From NCBI GenBank assembly GCA_050250375.1, contig JBFWOS010000001.1, positions 1,150,361-1,214,360 of the forward strand: DNA of 64,000 nt, in the 5' to 3' direction. The position numbers were made by a program, and so were the translations under genes. Every line of letters begins with the position of its first letter. The stretch's first letter is position 1. The notes beneath the pieces were generated by a model. That model searched no databases, had not been told where the DNA came from, and worked only from the letters and a program-made list of their open reading frames with translations. Below are positions 18,205 through 27,179 of this stretch, piece after piece. The stretch is from Candidatus Omnitrophota bacterium (GTDB lineage Bacteria; Omnitrophota; Gorgyraeia; Zapsychrales; Zapsychraceae).

Positions 18205-21200
18205 TTAATCAATATCCACAGCAATATAACCAACCGTTTCACTGACATGTTGACCGTCACTGCCTTCTTCTTCCTGCAGTTTAACATCAAAACTACCGGT
18301 GGATACGTTCTTCTGCCGGGTCACCACCGCCCCGCCTTCATTATACGTCTGGCATTGGGTGATCGTGGCCGGGGGCGTGCTGTATGAGTTAGTATACGAC
18401 ACATTCTGCCATTCATCGTCCACACTTTCGGTGCCGACTTCCGCTTGTAATCCGCTCGACAAGGCATGTGTTCCTTCTTCCAAAACAACATAGTCAATTT
18501 TTTCGATCATGTGTTTCTGGTTAAGATAATCCCATTCTTCGATCTGGAACTGGAAGGAGTCGCTGCCGATATTGCGCAGACGAATATGCGACGGCTGCCG
18601 TCCGTGGAAGGTGACAATCTGCATGAAGACCACCGGATTGGTATAACTATTCTTCAGCTGAATCGTGTGCCATTGGCTGCCCTTCTTCTGATACGCCGAT
18701 ATTTCGCCGGCTTCACCAACAACCGCTCCTGAAGAATTGGTGATCGTCCCGGGTTCAACCGCGAAATAACTGACCACTTCGGTAGTGTGATTCGTTTCCG
18801 GGTCTTCCGATCTTTCCTCTTCAATCTTGACCGTAAACCGGCTTCGATTGACTTGTTTGATTCGAAGCCCGGCCGTATCCATGCCGTTGAATGTTTCAAT
18901 TCCGGCAATCATGACCGGTTTACGTTTAAAGCAAAGATCGAAATCGACTTTATACCACTTCTTGGTCACCGCATCAGGTGTGCGCCCGGCCGTCGCCGGC
19001 TGGGTGACGACGCGTGACTGGATATAATAATCACTCAGCATGTTTACCAGCGTCACGTTCGGTTCGTGATAGAAACGGGTGTCGTACTTGGCGAACTTGG
19101 CTTCCAGTTCGGCGGCGCTGTCAGTCCCTACGTCCGGCCCTGTTTCTTCGTCATAATTCATATGGGTCTGCAGCCCCCACTGTTCTCTCGGTTTATGATG
19201 TTTGTACGACCAAACCGTCCAGCTCCAGTCCAGGTCATTGAATGTTTTGGCGTACAAGTCCCAGATTTCACGGTAATTGAACCCGTTAAACTCGCCGATC
19301 AGGACCGGCACATTATAGTCATCTTGTTTTGAAAACTCGACTTTTCCGCAAAATAGTTCATCGTTACCGATACTATCGCAGTCCGGGTCGTCCCCGCTGA
19401 CGAGGTAATCGTCCTGCAGATCGACGTCTAGGACACCGTCGATTTTGCCCTGCGCGTTAAACTTGAACCCGTAATAATGGAATTGGTAAACGACGTTGCT
19501 CCATGAATACGTATCCGGATCGGGCAATGTATCCCAATCTTTGTCGCTGGGGATCGCCTCCATGACGATGATGTGTTTGTTATCAATCGCACGGATAGCG
19601 TCATATAACTGGTCATATAAAGACCACAGTGCTTCCAAACCGTCTTCCCTATCCGGATAATAATAGGAATCGACGGCTCCGAACGGTTCGTTCAGCAGAT
19701 CGTAGCCCATCACTGTCGTGTTATTTTTATAGTATTCCGCCATCGCCTCCCAAAGTTCTTTGGTCCTCTGGCGGTAGGTGCTGTTGTTGGGATCAAATAA
19801 TTGGTGATAGTATCCCTGGCTAGGCGTTTCGGCGGAAATACGGCCGGAGTGAAACTCTTTACTTTGATGTCCGGGCGCGCCGTGCAAGTCGAGCAGCACA
19901 TAGATCCCGCGGTCTTCACACATCTGCACAATACGGTCGATTTGTGAAAAATCAAAACTACTGCCCGCAGCCCACTGGCCGTTGCTTTCATCGATTTCAC
20001 GGACCGCCCTGTAGTAAATCGGCAGCCGGACCAGATTGGCGCCGCTGCGCATAATAGTATCCAGGTCATATTCGGTGAGGTAAGAATCCTGATAGGCTTC
20101 CAGTAGTTCTTTGGCCTGCGTTGCGCCGAAACGGTCCGTTAATTCGGTACGGATACTCCAGTCGTCGGTGACAGTTGTCCCGTCCACCGTGAATCCGGTC
20201 ATCCACGCTTCGATCAATAGGTAATTTCCCAAATTGACCCCGCTAAGGATGATCGGATCGCCGTTGCCGTCCTGTTCCTTAATGATTTTATTCACCGCTT
20301 TAAGATAGCCGGCATTCGGTGTATACGAACGCTGCGGACTCCAGTCGCTGGTATCGGTAACCATACTGTTTTCTTCAACCAGCGCCCTGACCCGGTACCA
20401 TTTGCCGTTGGTCGCCGTCAACGTTGTGTGCGCGCCGTTGTGGATCTGTTCCCATGGCCCGTTTTTATTAGATGATTTCTCCACCTGATACTTGTCGGCC
20501 TGTGCCAAATTGGTCCAGGCCACTGTTCCTGAAGCCAAAGTGGATTTGTCGATCAGGACCGGTGACGGTTCGTACTTGACGACATCGCTCCAGTCAGATT
20601 TATAGGCGATCGGATTGTCATCTTCATCAACAGCCTCTTCCCAGCGCACACGCAGCCAGGCCGGAGAAACACGGTTCAATGAATAACTGGTGTTTGAACC
20701 ATGATATAGTTCTTCCCACGGTCCGAACGCCCCGCCCGTGCTTTGTTCGAGAGTATACAGCTGGGCGCCGCTGACCGCGTTCCATTCGACATCGCCGCCA
20801 GCCAGCGCGACCACATCTATCTGGGGCACAGATTTTGAAATACGGATGTCGTCGTAAAAATAGGAACCTCTCCAATATTGCTGAAACTGCAGCTTATTCA
20901 TATTATTCAGTTCAAAGTCTGATGGAAAACTGTCCAGCGGCACGCTGAATTTGGTCCATTGCCCGAACACGGCCGGTTTTTTCGGCCAGATCACATACGG
21001 ATTGCCGACCGGTTCGTTTGGATAGTTGTTATAGTCAAATGCCTGGAAACCCAGGTCGTTATCCATCCCGTTTTCCGGCAGGGCATACACCCAGAACGTG
21101 ATGCGGTCATACGGGGATTCCTCCGGAGCTCCGGGCCCGCTTGTTCCATCGAGGTCCACATACCATTCCGACTGGTAATAACCGCCAAAGGCGGCCAGAT

Positions 21201-22026
21201 TACAGGTACTTGAAAAATTGCAGTCTGTTGACTCTTCCCCGTCCGTGACCAGCTTCTTCTCCTGGGATTTAATGCCTGTCCCGCCAAAATAATCCAGGAC
21301 ATTCAGCTGCCAGGACCGCTCGCCTTCGTATACCATCAGGTCATCGACATATAAATCGACGGTCCCGAACCAGGCCCAGCCGTACTTTTCATGTTCTTCC
21401 CCGGTGAAATTTTCCCAAAAAATAATCGGCTCGAACGACTGATAGACCCTGTCGGCGGAAACAACTTGAATGTCGTCAATATAATAAGTTCCCGTATAAC
21501 GGTTAACAAATTCGATCTTATCCACGCTCGTCAGATCAAAATTATTCGGTAATTGCGAAAATAACACATCCAGTTCGGTCCATTCACCGTGTTTGGCCGC
21601 CTTGCTCGTAAAGACTTCGAACCCCGTTGAATGATAAATACCCTGGTCGAAGAATTTGACCCGTACCTCGTTGTCCGTCTCGTTGTCGGGTTCGGCCTTA
21701 ATCCAGAATCTCAGCCGGTCGTGCCGTCCCGGTTCAAAGTCCATATTCCACTCCTGCACCTGGGACGGTATCCCTGTCCCTCCCCAGCAGGAAGGGGGCT
21801 GCAACCCTTGTGCGCAGGAAGAACTCTCAATCTTCCAGGACTTATCTCCGGAGTAGGCCTCTTCATCTGTCAATGAAACGGCTGCCTCATTAAAACCCCA
21901 TCCCTGGTTATTGTTTGTGCCCGTACCGTCCTCAAAATCCTGGTAAATCAGACCTGCCGATGCACGTGATGAGAACATCCAGACACCACATATGGTTAAA
22001 AATAAAATTCGGCTACACCATTTCAT
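18205..22026 (-). CDS. Secreted multidomain glycoside hydrolase family 5 enzyme (cellulase/mannanase-type)
   Basis: 1273 aa. It has a signal peptide MKWCSRILFLTICGVWMFSSRASA, two N-terminal beta-sandwich domains of about 165 aa each, and two Fn3-like domains. The GH5 catalytic domain carries the acid/base motif YDLLNEP and the nucleophile motif VLIGEFNGF. Three short C-terminal repeats follow. A strong SD (GGAGG) precedes the ATG. Confidence 0.85.
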   Translation of the reverse strand: MKWCSRILFLTICGVWMFSSRASAGLIYQDFEDGTGTNNNQGWGFNEAAVSLTDEEAYSGDKSWKIESSSCAQGLQPPSCWGGTGIPSQVQEWNMDFEPGRHDRLRFWIKAEPDNETDNEVRVKFFDQGIYHSTGFEVFTSKAAKHGEWTELDVLFSQLPNNFDLTSVDKIEFVNRYTGTYYIDDIQVVSADRVYQSFEPIIFWENFTGEEHEKYGWAWFGTVDLYVDDLMVYEGERSWQLNVLDYFGGTGIKSQEKKLVTDGEESTDCNFSSTCNLAAFGGYYQSEWYVDLDGTSGPGAPEESPYDRITFWVYALPENGMDNDLGFQAFDYNNYPNEPVGNPYVIWPKKPAVFGQWTKFSVPLDSFPSDFELNNMNKLQFQQYWRGSYFYDDIRISKSVPQIDVVALAGGDVEWNAVSGAQLYTLEQSTGGAFGPWEELYHGSNTSYSLNRVSPAWLRVRWEEAVDEDDNPIAYKSDWSDVVKYEPSPVLIDKSTLASGTVAWTNLAQADKYQVEKSSNKNGPWEQIHNGAHTTLTATNGKWYRVRALVEENSMVTDTSDWSPQRSYTPNAGYLKAVNKIIKEQDGNGDPIILSGVNLGNYLLIEAWMTGFTVDGTTVTDDWSIRTELTDRFGATQAKELLEAYQDSYLTEYDLDTIMRSGANLVRLPIYYRAVREIDESNGQWAAGSSFDFSQIDRIVQMCEDRGIYVLLDLHGAPGHQSKEFHSGRISAETPSQGYYHQLFDPNNSTYRQRTKELWEAMAEYYKNNTTVMGYDLLNEPFGAVDSYYYPDREDGLEALWSLYDQLYDAIRAIDNKHIIVMEAIPSDKDWDTLPDPDTYSWSNVVYQFHYYGFKFNAQGKIDGVLDVDLQDDYLVSGDDPDCDSIGNDELFCGKVEFSKQDDYNVPVLIGEFNGFNYREIWDLYAKTFNDLDWSWTVWSYKHHKPREQWGLQTHMNYDEETGPDVGTDSAAELEAKFAKYDTRFYHEPNVTLVNMLSDYYIQSRVVTQPATAGRTPDAVTKKWYKVDFDLCFKRKPVMIAGIETFNGMDTAGLRIKQVNRSRFTVKIEEERSEDPETNHTTEVVSYFAVEPGTITNSSGAVVGEAGEISAYQKKGSQWHTIQLKNSYTNPVVFMQIVTFHGRQPSHIRLRNIGSDSFQFQIEEWDYLNQKHMIEKIDYVVLEEGTHALSSGLQAEVGTESVDDEWQNVSYTNSYSTPPATITQCQTYNEGGAVVTRQKNVSTGSFDVKLQEEEGSDGQHVSETVGYIAVDID

Positions 22027-22170
22027 GATATTCCTCCATTCTTTGGGATAAAATTCTATTAATCCGGTGTTATATTTTCCTGAATTCTCGGGAGATATTT
22101 TTAGTGGTCATAATATTAGACGTAATGGAATGACCAAATCTAACAATATTTTTAATAATTTATATCAATT

Positions 22171-24141
22171 TTACGGTCTTAATCGGTGGTAAAACGCGTC
22201 TGCTTTTTTATAGAAAGAACTGTTTTTAAAACCAGTCTCTGTCAGGTCTTGCAATAAAATTTCATATTTATTGGTGAGAATATTGCGCTCAAAGGAAGAA
22301 AGTTGTCCTTCCCTTTCAGGAGCATGAACCAATTGCACCATGCTTTGAAGGTGCGCCATGGCTTTGTCAAAATCACGCTCACCTTCAAGATAAAACCGGG
22401 CCATATCGATATGCATATTTGCCAGATAGGCAATTTCCTGTGGCGTGATGGATTTTTTCTTGTTAAGGGTTTCAATGGCTTTTTGATAATAATCCAATGC
22501 CAGATGATTTTCATTTTTGATCTTATAAATATCTCCGGCTCCTTTATACGCATAGGCTTGTTTGGATAAATCGGTCTGGCCAGCCGCCAGCTTTTCATAC
22601 AGTTTGATGGATTTAAGAAATTCATCGGCCGGTACAGAACCCCGCAGAGAAAAAACAGCGGCGTGTAGGTTTTTCTCCTTTAACTTGTCAGCCAGAAAGA
22701 ATTCTGCCTGCTCCACCTTATCTTTATTGCGCATCTTATTGGCGACCAAAAGAGCGCTTTGCGCCGCATCAATACTCTGCTCATAATCCGCGGACAAGGC
22801 ATACACATCCGATAAAAATATATTCGTCCGGTACTGGTCCTTTAACGAGCCGCCATTCCCCATCTGGCGGATATAGTCAAAAGTCTTGCCGAGACCTTCA
22901 GACACATATTTTTGGTGAATAACATCCCTTTGTTTCTCAATATTGACTACGCTCAAGGCGGATCTATTCTGGAACAATAAAGTTCCGCTGATCGCTATTA
23001 ATAAAAGACTGCACAACACAGGGGCCTTACGAACCAGCAGGTTTATCATATGCTTTCCGGAAAATAATCGGTCATCCCCCATAATTGGACGATTCGGTTC
23101 TCCGTAAAGGATATAACTGGCCCAGACCATATTGTCTTCTCCGAGCTTTTCTAAGGATGCTATCCGCGACTGCCTTAAGGCAGAACCGATCGTGCTGCCT
23201 TCACTTATATACTTATAAAACTCTTTGGCGAATAAGCTGCCATCTTCATCGGAAATTTTCCATAAGGTTCCCAAAAAAAACCTCACCCCGGCCAATAAGA
23301 AGGCATCAGCCAAACCAAAGATCTGCTCTTCTGAGCGGGACTGATAAACGTCTGCCGAATCATAAGCCGATTGACAAGAATTGGAAAAGATGAGCACGGG
23401 CATGAATTCATTCGGACCTAATGTATTCAATTTTTCGATTGTCCATACTCCGTCTTTCATGGCCCATCCGCTTTTTCCCCGGTCATCGAGATCATATTTG
23501 GTGTGTCCGGCAAAATGGATGACATCGTACTCTCTTAGATTTTTCTGAATAAAACTCAGTGTGATATCTTTAGTTTTGCTTGAAATCTGCATGACGGGGT
23601 CCTCCCCTCGAAACTGATCACGGATAGCCGCAGCCTCTTTACGCGCCGAAGGTAAATCCCCGCAAGGGTCAGACATGACCAGCATACGGACAGGCCTCTT
23701 GACCGTTCTGTATGTTAATGTATTTGATGGACGCCGGGTCTTGACACCTCGGCCAAAGTTAAACTTCATGCAAAAAAAATGTTCCCCATCAAACAGCAAT
23801 TCCCACGGGATAAAAACAAGGGCTTCATCCAGAATCACCAATAAATCAGTATATCCGGGTTGGGACAGAACTTTTTTAATCCTTGGAGACAATAAATTCC
23901 GGTATAATTCGCCTCCCGATTTTTTCAAATCAGCGCTGATCCCGACGGATTGATTCCCCAGTTCACAGGACTTGTTGATCAAACGGTTAATATCCGCTGA
24001 AAACCGATTGATTTCCTCAAACAAAAAAGGAATTTCTTCATAACCATGAACAGTCGCGCCCTGTTCATAAAGGCTGAGGCTAAGTTTGTCTTTATAAAGA
24101 TTGATCTGAAGATTTAAGGCTGGTTTATTGCGGTTTGTCAT
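22171..24141 (-). CDS. CHAT-domain (caspase-like) protease fused to a TM helix and C-terminal TPR repeats
   Basis: 656 aa. CHAT hallmarks include LLVILDEALVFIPWELL, a His-Cys dyad context VIHFAGHT ... VLIFSNSCQSA, a TM helix VLCSLLLIAISGTLLF, and about 250 aa of TPR-like helical repeats. Overlaps the upstream anti-sigma-like gene by 17 nt. Confidence 0.75.
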   Translation of the reverse strand: MTNRNKPALNLQINLYKDKLSLSLYEQGATVHGYEEIPFLFEEINRFSADINRLINKSCELGNQSVGISADLKKSGGELYRNLLSPRIKKVLSQPGYTDLLVILDEALVFIPWELLFDGEHFFCMKFNFGRGVKTRRPSNTLTYRTVKRPVRMLVMSDPCGDLPSARKEAAAIRDQFRGEDPVMQISSKTKDITLSFIQKNLREYDVIHFAGHTKYDLDDRGKSGWAMKDGVWTIEKLNTLGPNEFMPVLIFSNSCQSAYDSADVYQSRSEEQIFGLADAFLLAGVRFFLGTLWKISDEDGSLFAKEFYKYISEGSTIGSALRQSRIASLEKLGEDNMVWASYILYGEPNRPIMGDDRLFSGKHMINLLVRKAPVLCSLLLIAISGTLLFQNRSALSVVNIEKQRDVIHQKYVSEGLGKTFDYIRQMGNGGSLKDQYRTNIFLSDVYALSADYEQSIDAAQSALLVANKMRNKDKVEQAEFFLADKLKEKNLHAAVFSLRGSVPADEFLKSIKLYEKLAAGQTDLSKQAYAYKGAGDIYKIKNENHLALDYYQKAIETLNKKKSITPQEIAYLANMHIDMARFYLEGERDFDKAMAHLQSMVQLVHAPEREGQLSSFERNILTNKYEILLQDLTETGFKNSSFYKKADAFYHRLRP

Positions 24142-24820
24142 GGATTAACTGAAAACGGATGGCCCCGATGAGTTTATCCTGACGGTGGATCTCAACAGTA
24201 TACAGGCCGGGCTTGATTTCTTCAAATTTTGTTTTTCCATCAGAACTGGAACGTGATTCAAGTTCCTCCTCATTCTCCAGAAGAGTAAAACGAAAGTTTT
24301 TTACGTCCTTTTTCTTTAAAGGATCGGCCGCATGAATCACAACGGAATTCTGGTCCGCTTCCCCCCGGCTTATTTCAACCTTGATCAGCAGGTTATCAAA
24401 AGTTTCTTTGATGACAAGATTACTTCTCTTATCAACCTGGTTATCCCGTAATAAAGCTGACGGCTGTGACAGCGGTCCGAATATAATTTCCCCGGTTGTA
24501 TTGAGCAGGTTAAAAACATGCCGGCTGAATGCAGCTTTCACATGGAGTAAATTAGGCCCGTACTTTTCACTGACCAAGGCCTTGGCTCTTTCAGTTAGGT
24601 CCTGAGGTGTTTGGATAAAATCTATATTGTTTGGTTCTTCTCTCATCTTATTCTGCATCTGGATTATATCCCGGCAGCGTCCGCATCCTTGAACATGTTG
24701 GCGGATGATCTCTGATTCACGGGTTGAACATTCTCCCAGGACATACAATGCCATCCAATATGTCTCCGGACACCTGCCATCGCGGAATATATCATTATGT
24801 GTTAAGTTTTTATCTTCCAT
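24125..24820 (-). CDS. Putative zinc-finger anti-sigma factor (ZAS-like HxxxCxxC), cytoplasmic, with an unknown C-terminal domain
   Basis: 231 aa. HVQGCGRCRD motif about 50 aa from the N-terminus. No TM segment. Immediately follows the ECF sigma gene. Confidence 0.5.
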   Translation of the reverse strand: MEDKNLTHNDIFRDGRCPETYWMALYVLGECSTRESEIIRQHVQGCGRCRDIIQMQNKMREEPNNIDFIQTPQDLTERAKALVSEKYGPNLLHVKAAFSRHVFNLLNTTGEIIFGPLSQPSALLRDNQVDKRSNLVIKETFDNLLIKVEISRGEADQNSVVIHAADPLKKKDVKNFRFTLLENEEELESRSSSDGKTKFEEIKPGLYTVEIHRQDKLIGAIRFQLIHDKPQ

Positions 24821-24848
24821 ATGTATTAGACGGAATTCGCCATCGTTT

Positions 24849-25448
24849 CTAAAAATTTCTTTCTTTTTCTATAAACCGTCGCAATTTATCTTCCAGCCTA
24901 TTCTCACGCATTCCATAATTTTCGGCCGTTATGCCCAGCTCCCTGGCCGCGTCCCTGGATTTCGTCTTATCCAGCATCATACAAAAAACTTTCTTTTCTT
25001 TTTCATTCAACTTTTTAATGAACCGTTCAATGATTGTTTTCGCATCCAGATTCTTAATCAATTCCTTGGCAGACTCATCCGACAGTTCTTTTAAAAATTC
25101 ACCGGATCGATAATCTATACGAATATTATTGTCATTACTAAAATCATCGGGTTTAGGCCGGCGTAAAAAATCAATGACCATATTTTCAACAATTTTCGTG
25201 AGGTATGTCGACAACTTACATCGGTTGCGGGACTGAAAAGCCCGAAGAGCTTTATAATTATTTTTAAGCAGTTTAACAAAAACATCTTGATACAAATCGG
25301 CAATGGCCTCCGGGGCTATGGGGCGACCATTTTTATGGAAACAGCGGATAATCGTATGATAAATCAGATTAGAATATGTATTAACAAACTTATCCCAGGA
25401 ACGTTTGTCCCCTGAAAGTATTCCTCTGATTAATTCAAAGTCATCCAT
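24849..25448 (-). CDS. ECF-type RNA polymerase sigma factor (sigma-70 regions 2 and 4)
   Basis: 199 aa. Region 2 LIYHTIIRCF...DLYQDVFVKLL and a region-4 HTH SRDAARELGITAENYGMRENRLEDKLRRF. Confidence 0.8.
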   Translation of the reverse strand: MDDFELIRGILSGDKRSWDKFVNTYSNLIYHTIIRCFHKNGRPIAPEAIADLYQDVFVKLLKNNYKALRAFQSRNRCKLSTYLTKIVENMVIDFLRRPKPDDFSNDNNIRIDYRSGEFLKELSDESAKELIKNLDAKTIIERFIKKLNEKEKKVFCMMLDKTKSRDAARELGITAENYGMRENRLEDKLRRFIEKERNF

Positions 25449-25460
25449 TTACTTGGACTC

Positions 25461-26237
25461 CTAAGGTCCGATCAAACGGCTTCGTTTTGCCTGAAGATAA
25501 TCGAGGACCACCGCCCCTTTTTCTGATTGGACCGATACACATTGGCCCTGACGATCGGCCTGGTTGCAGGCCACCATCTGTGCTTTTTCCATACAAAGCA
25601 TATCCTGTTCCGAGGAAAAAGAAGATCTGACGGTGATGTCATCGTAATAATACGTTCCATCCCAGTAATTAAAAAATTCGATTTTGTCGACATGTTGAAG
25701 GTCAAAGTCTTTCGGGAGCTGGTCAAACATGATATCCAATTCTGACCATTGTTGAAAAGAGGCGGGAACGATCGTCCATATTTCGAATCCTTTTACGTTA
25801 TAATGCCTGCGGTCAAAAAATTTGACCATTACGGTATGGTCCCCCTGTTCCGAAGGGTCGGACCAAATCCAAAAGGTGAGCCGATCGTGACAGACGGGGG
25901 CAAAATTAACGTCGTAGGTGTTACTTTGAGCGGCAACACCCGTCCCCAGCGTCAGCGGTTTTCCTGCCGGAATCGTTAAAGCCCACGAATGCTGTCCACC
26001 GTGGACGGGATCATGTGTCCCGGAAAGTTGAACAACAGCCCCTCCAAAGGCCCATCCATATTCCGGTTGATCTTTATTCAAACTATAATATTTGGGAGGA
26101 GTCCCGTTCCCAGGTTCAAAATCCTGATACACGATCCGGGCTGAAGAAAAAGATACGGATGAAAAAAGAAATAAAACTGTCAGGCAGACTGACTTTAATA
26201 CTGACAAATATCCGGATACAACGAATTGACTGCGCAT
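25461..26237 (-). CDS. Secreted protein consisting of one copy of the beta-sandwich domain found twice in the GH5 protein
   Basis: 258 aa. Signal-like N-terminus. The region YQDFEPGNGT...HDRLTFWIW...VMVKFFD...VDKIEFFNYWDGTYYYDDITV aligns block by block with the GH5 N-terminal domains. It is the first gene of the sigma operon. Confidence 0.5.
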   Translation of the reverse strand: MRSQFVVSGYLSVLKSVCLTVLFLFSSVSFSSARIVYQDFEPGNGTPPKYYSLNKDQPEYGWAFGGAVVQLSGTHDPVHGGQHSWALTIPAGKPLTLGTGVAAQSNTYDVNFAPVCHDRLTFWIWSDPSEQGDHTVMVKFFDRRHYNVKGFEIWTIVPASFQQWSELDIMFDQLPKDFDLQHVDKIEFFNYWDGTYYYDDITVRSSFSSEQDMLCMEKAQMVACNQADRQGQCVSVQSEKGAVVLDYLQAKRSRLIGP

Positions 26238-26307
26238 AAGCTTTTCAGACCATCGGTTATCGATTTGAAAAAATATTCTATCATATTATAAACCATATTC
26301 AAATCAC

Positions 26308-26344
26308 CAAGAAAAAAGCCCTTCTATTTAAAGAGAAGGGCTTA
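26308..26344 (-). terminator. Rho-independent terminator
   Basis: 10-bp stem AAGCCCTTCT/AGAAGGGCTT followed on the minus strand by TTTTTTCTT. Lies downstream of the 26422..26733 gene. Confidence 0.7.
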
Positions 26345-26421
26345 ATAATCTTACACCTCTTTTACGGATCATTTCCGGAAAATGCAGTTGATCGAAAGAA
26401 TGTTTTGTGTAAAAAACTTAA

Positions 26422-26733
26422 TTACACAAAAAACAAACTGAAGGCCAGCAGCATAACGACAAAATACGTCACACCTCTGACCCAGGCCGGGGCTTTAGGC
26501 ACATTATCTGCTTTCCCGCCGGCATCAATCTCCATAGCCAGCCTAACCTGTCGGCCAAGGGTATAAAAGGCAAACGCGGCCAAAAGTAACATGCCGGGTT
26601 CCACACCGATTGAATTTTTAAGGCTGTACCCAACGGCGACAGCAATAAAAGTAAACGTATATATATAAGTATTTACTTTTATTTTGTTAAGGAAATCCTT
26701 AGCGCTATTCTCCATGAATAACCTCCCGTTCAT
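26422..26733 (-). CDS. Small integral membrane protein (3 TM), hypothetical
   Basis: 103 aa with three hydrophobic helices. Confidence 0.4.
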   Translation of the reverse strand: MNGRLFMENSAKDFLNKIKVNTYIYTFTFIAVAVGYSLKNSIGVEPGMLLLAAFAFYTLGRQVRLAMEIDAGGKADNVPKAPAWVRGVTYFVVMLLAFSLFFV

Positions 26734-27179
26734 TTTTCATCATTTCCATTAAGAGGAAATGGACGAGGCTCGCCCTTGATCTTAGAACCCGAAGCGGCCT
26801 TATTCGTGTTTACATGGATCTTTACATAAGATAAAAAGTATAATACTAGTCTACCCTATTTAATGAAAATTTCCAAATAATATGCATTTATTTTATTCTA
26901 TTGTATTTCAATAAGTTAAGTAAATTTTATAAGCAAAAACCGTTGTTCCTGGCCTATTTTGTCCATATATGGGTGGCATTGTCCGGGTGTAAAAGCATTT
27001 ATTCAAGATTGTGGCCTAAAAATATCGCTTGGTCGTAACTTTGTAAAGTTAAAAGATTCCCCATTAAATCTGTTGAATAATACATTTGCGATTTTAAAAA
27101 ATACTTTATAATAGAAACAGTCACGACAGCTTGCCTTTAAAAACACTTCATTAAATTTAAATAAAAACCATTTATCCAG

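Noticed and set aside
22027-22170. Candidate ECF-type promoter (TGTTAG, 17-nt spacer, CGTCTA) upstream of the GH5 gene
   Set aside because: The match to ECF -35 (GGAAC-like) and -10 (CGTC-like) consensus is loose. Without knowing this sigma's specificity it is too speculative to list as a feature.
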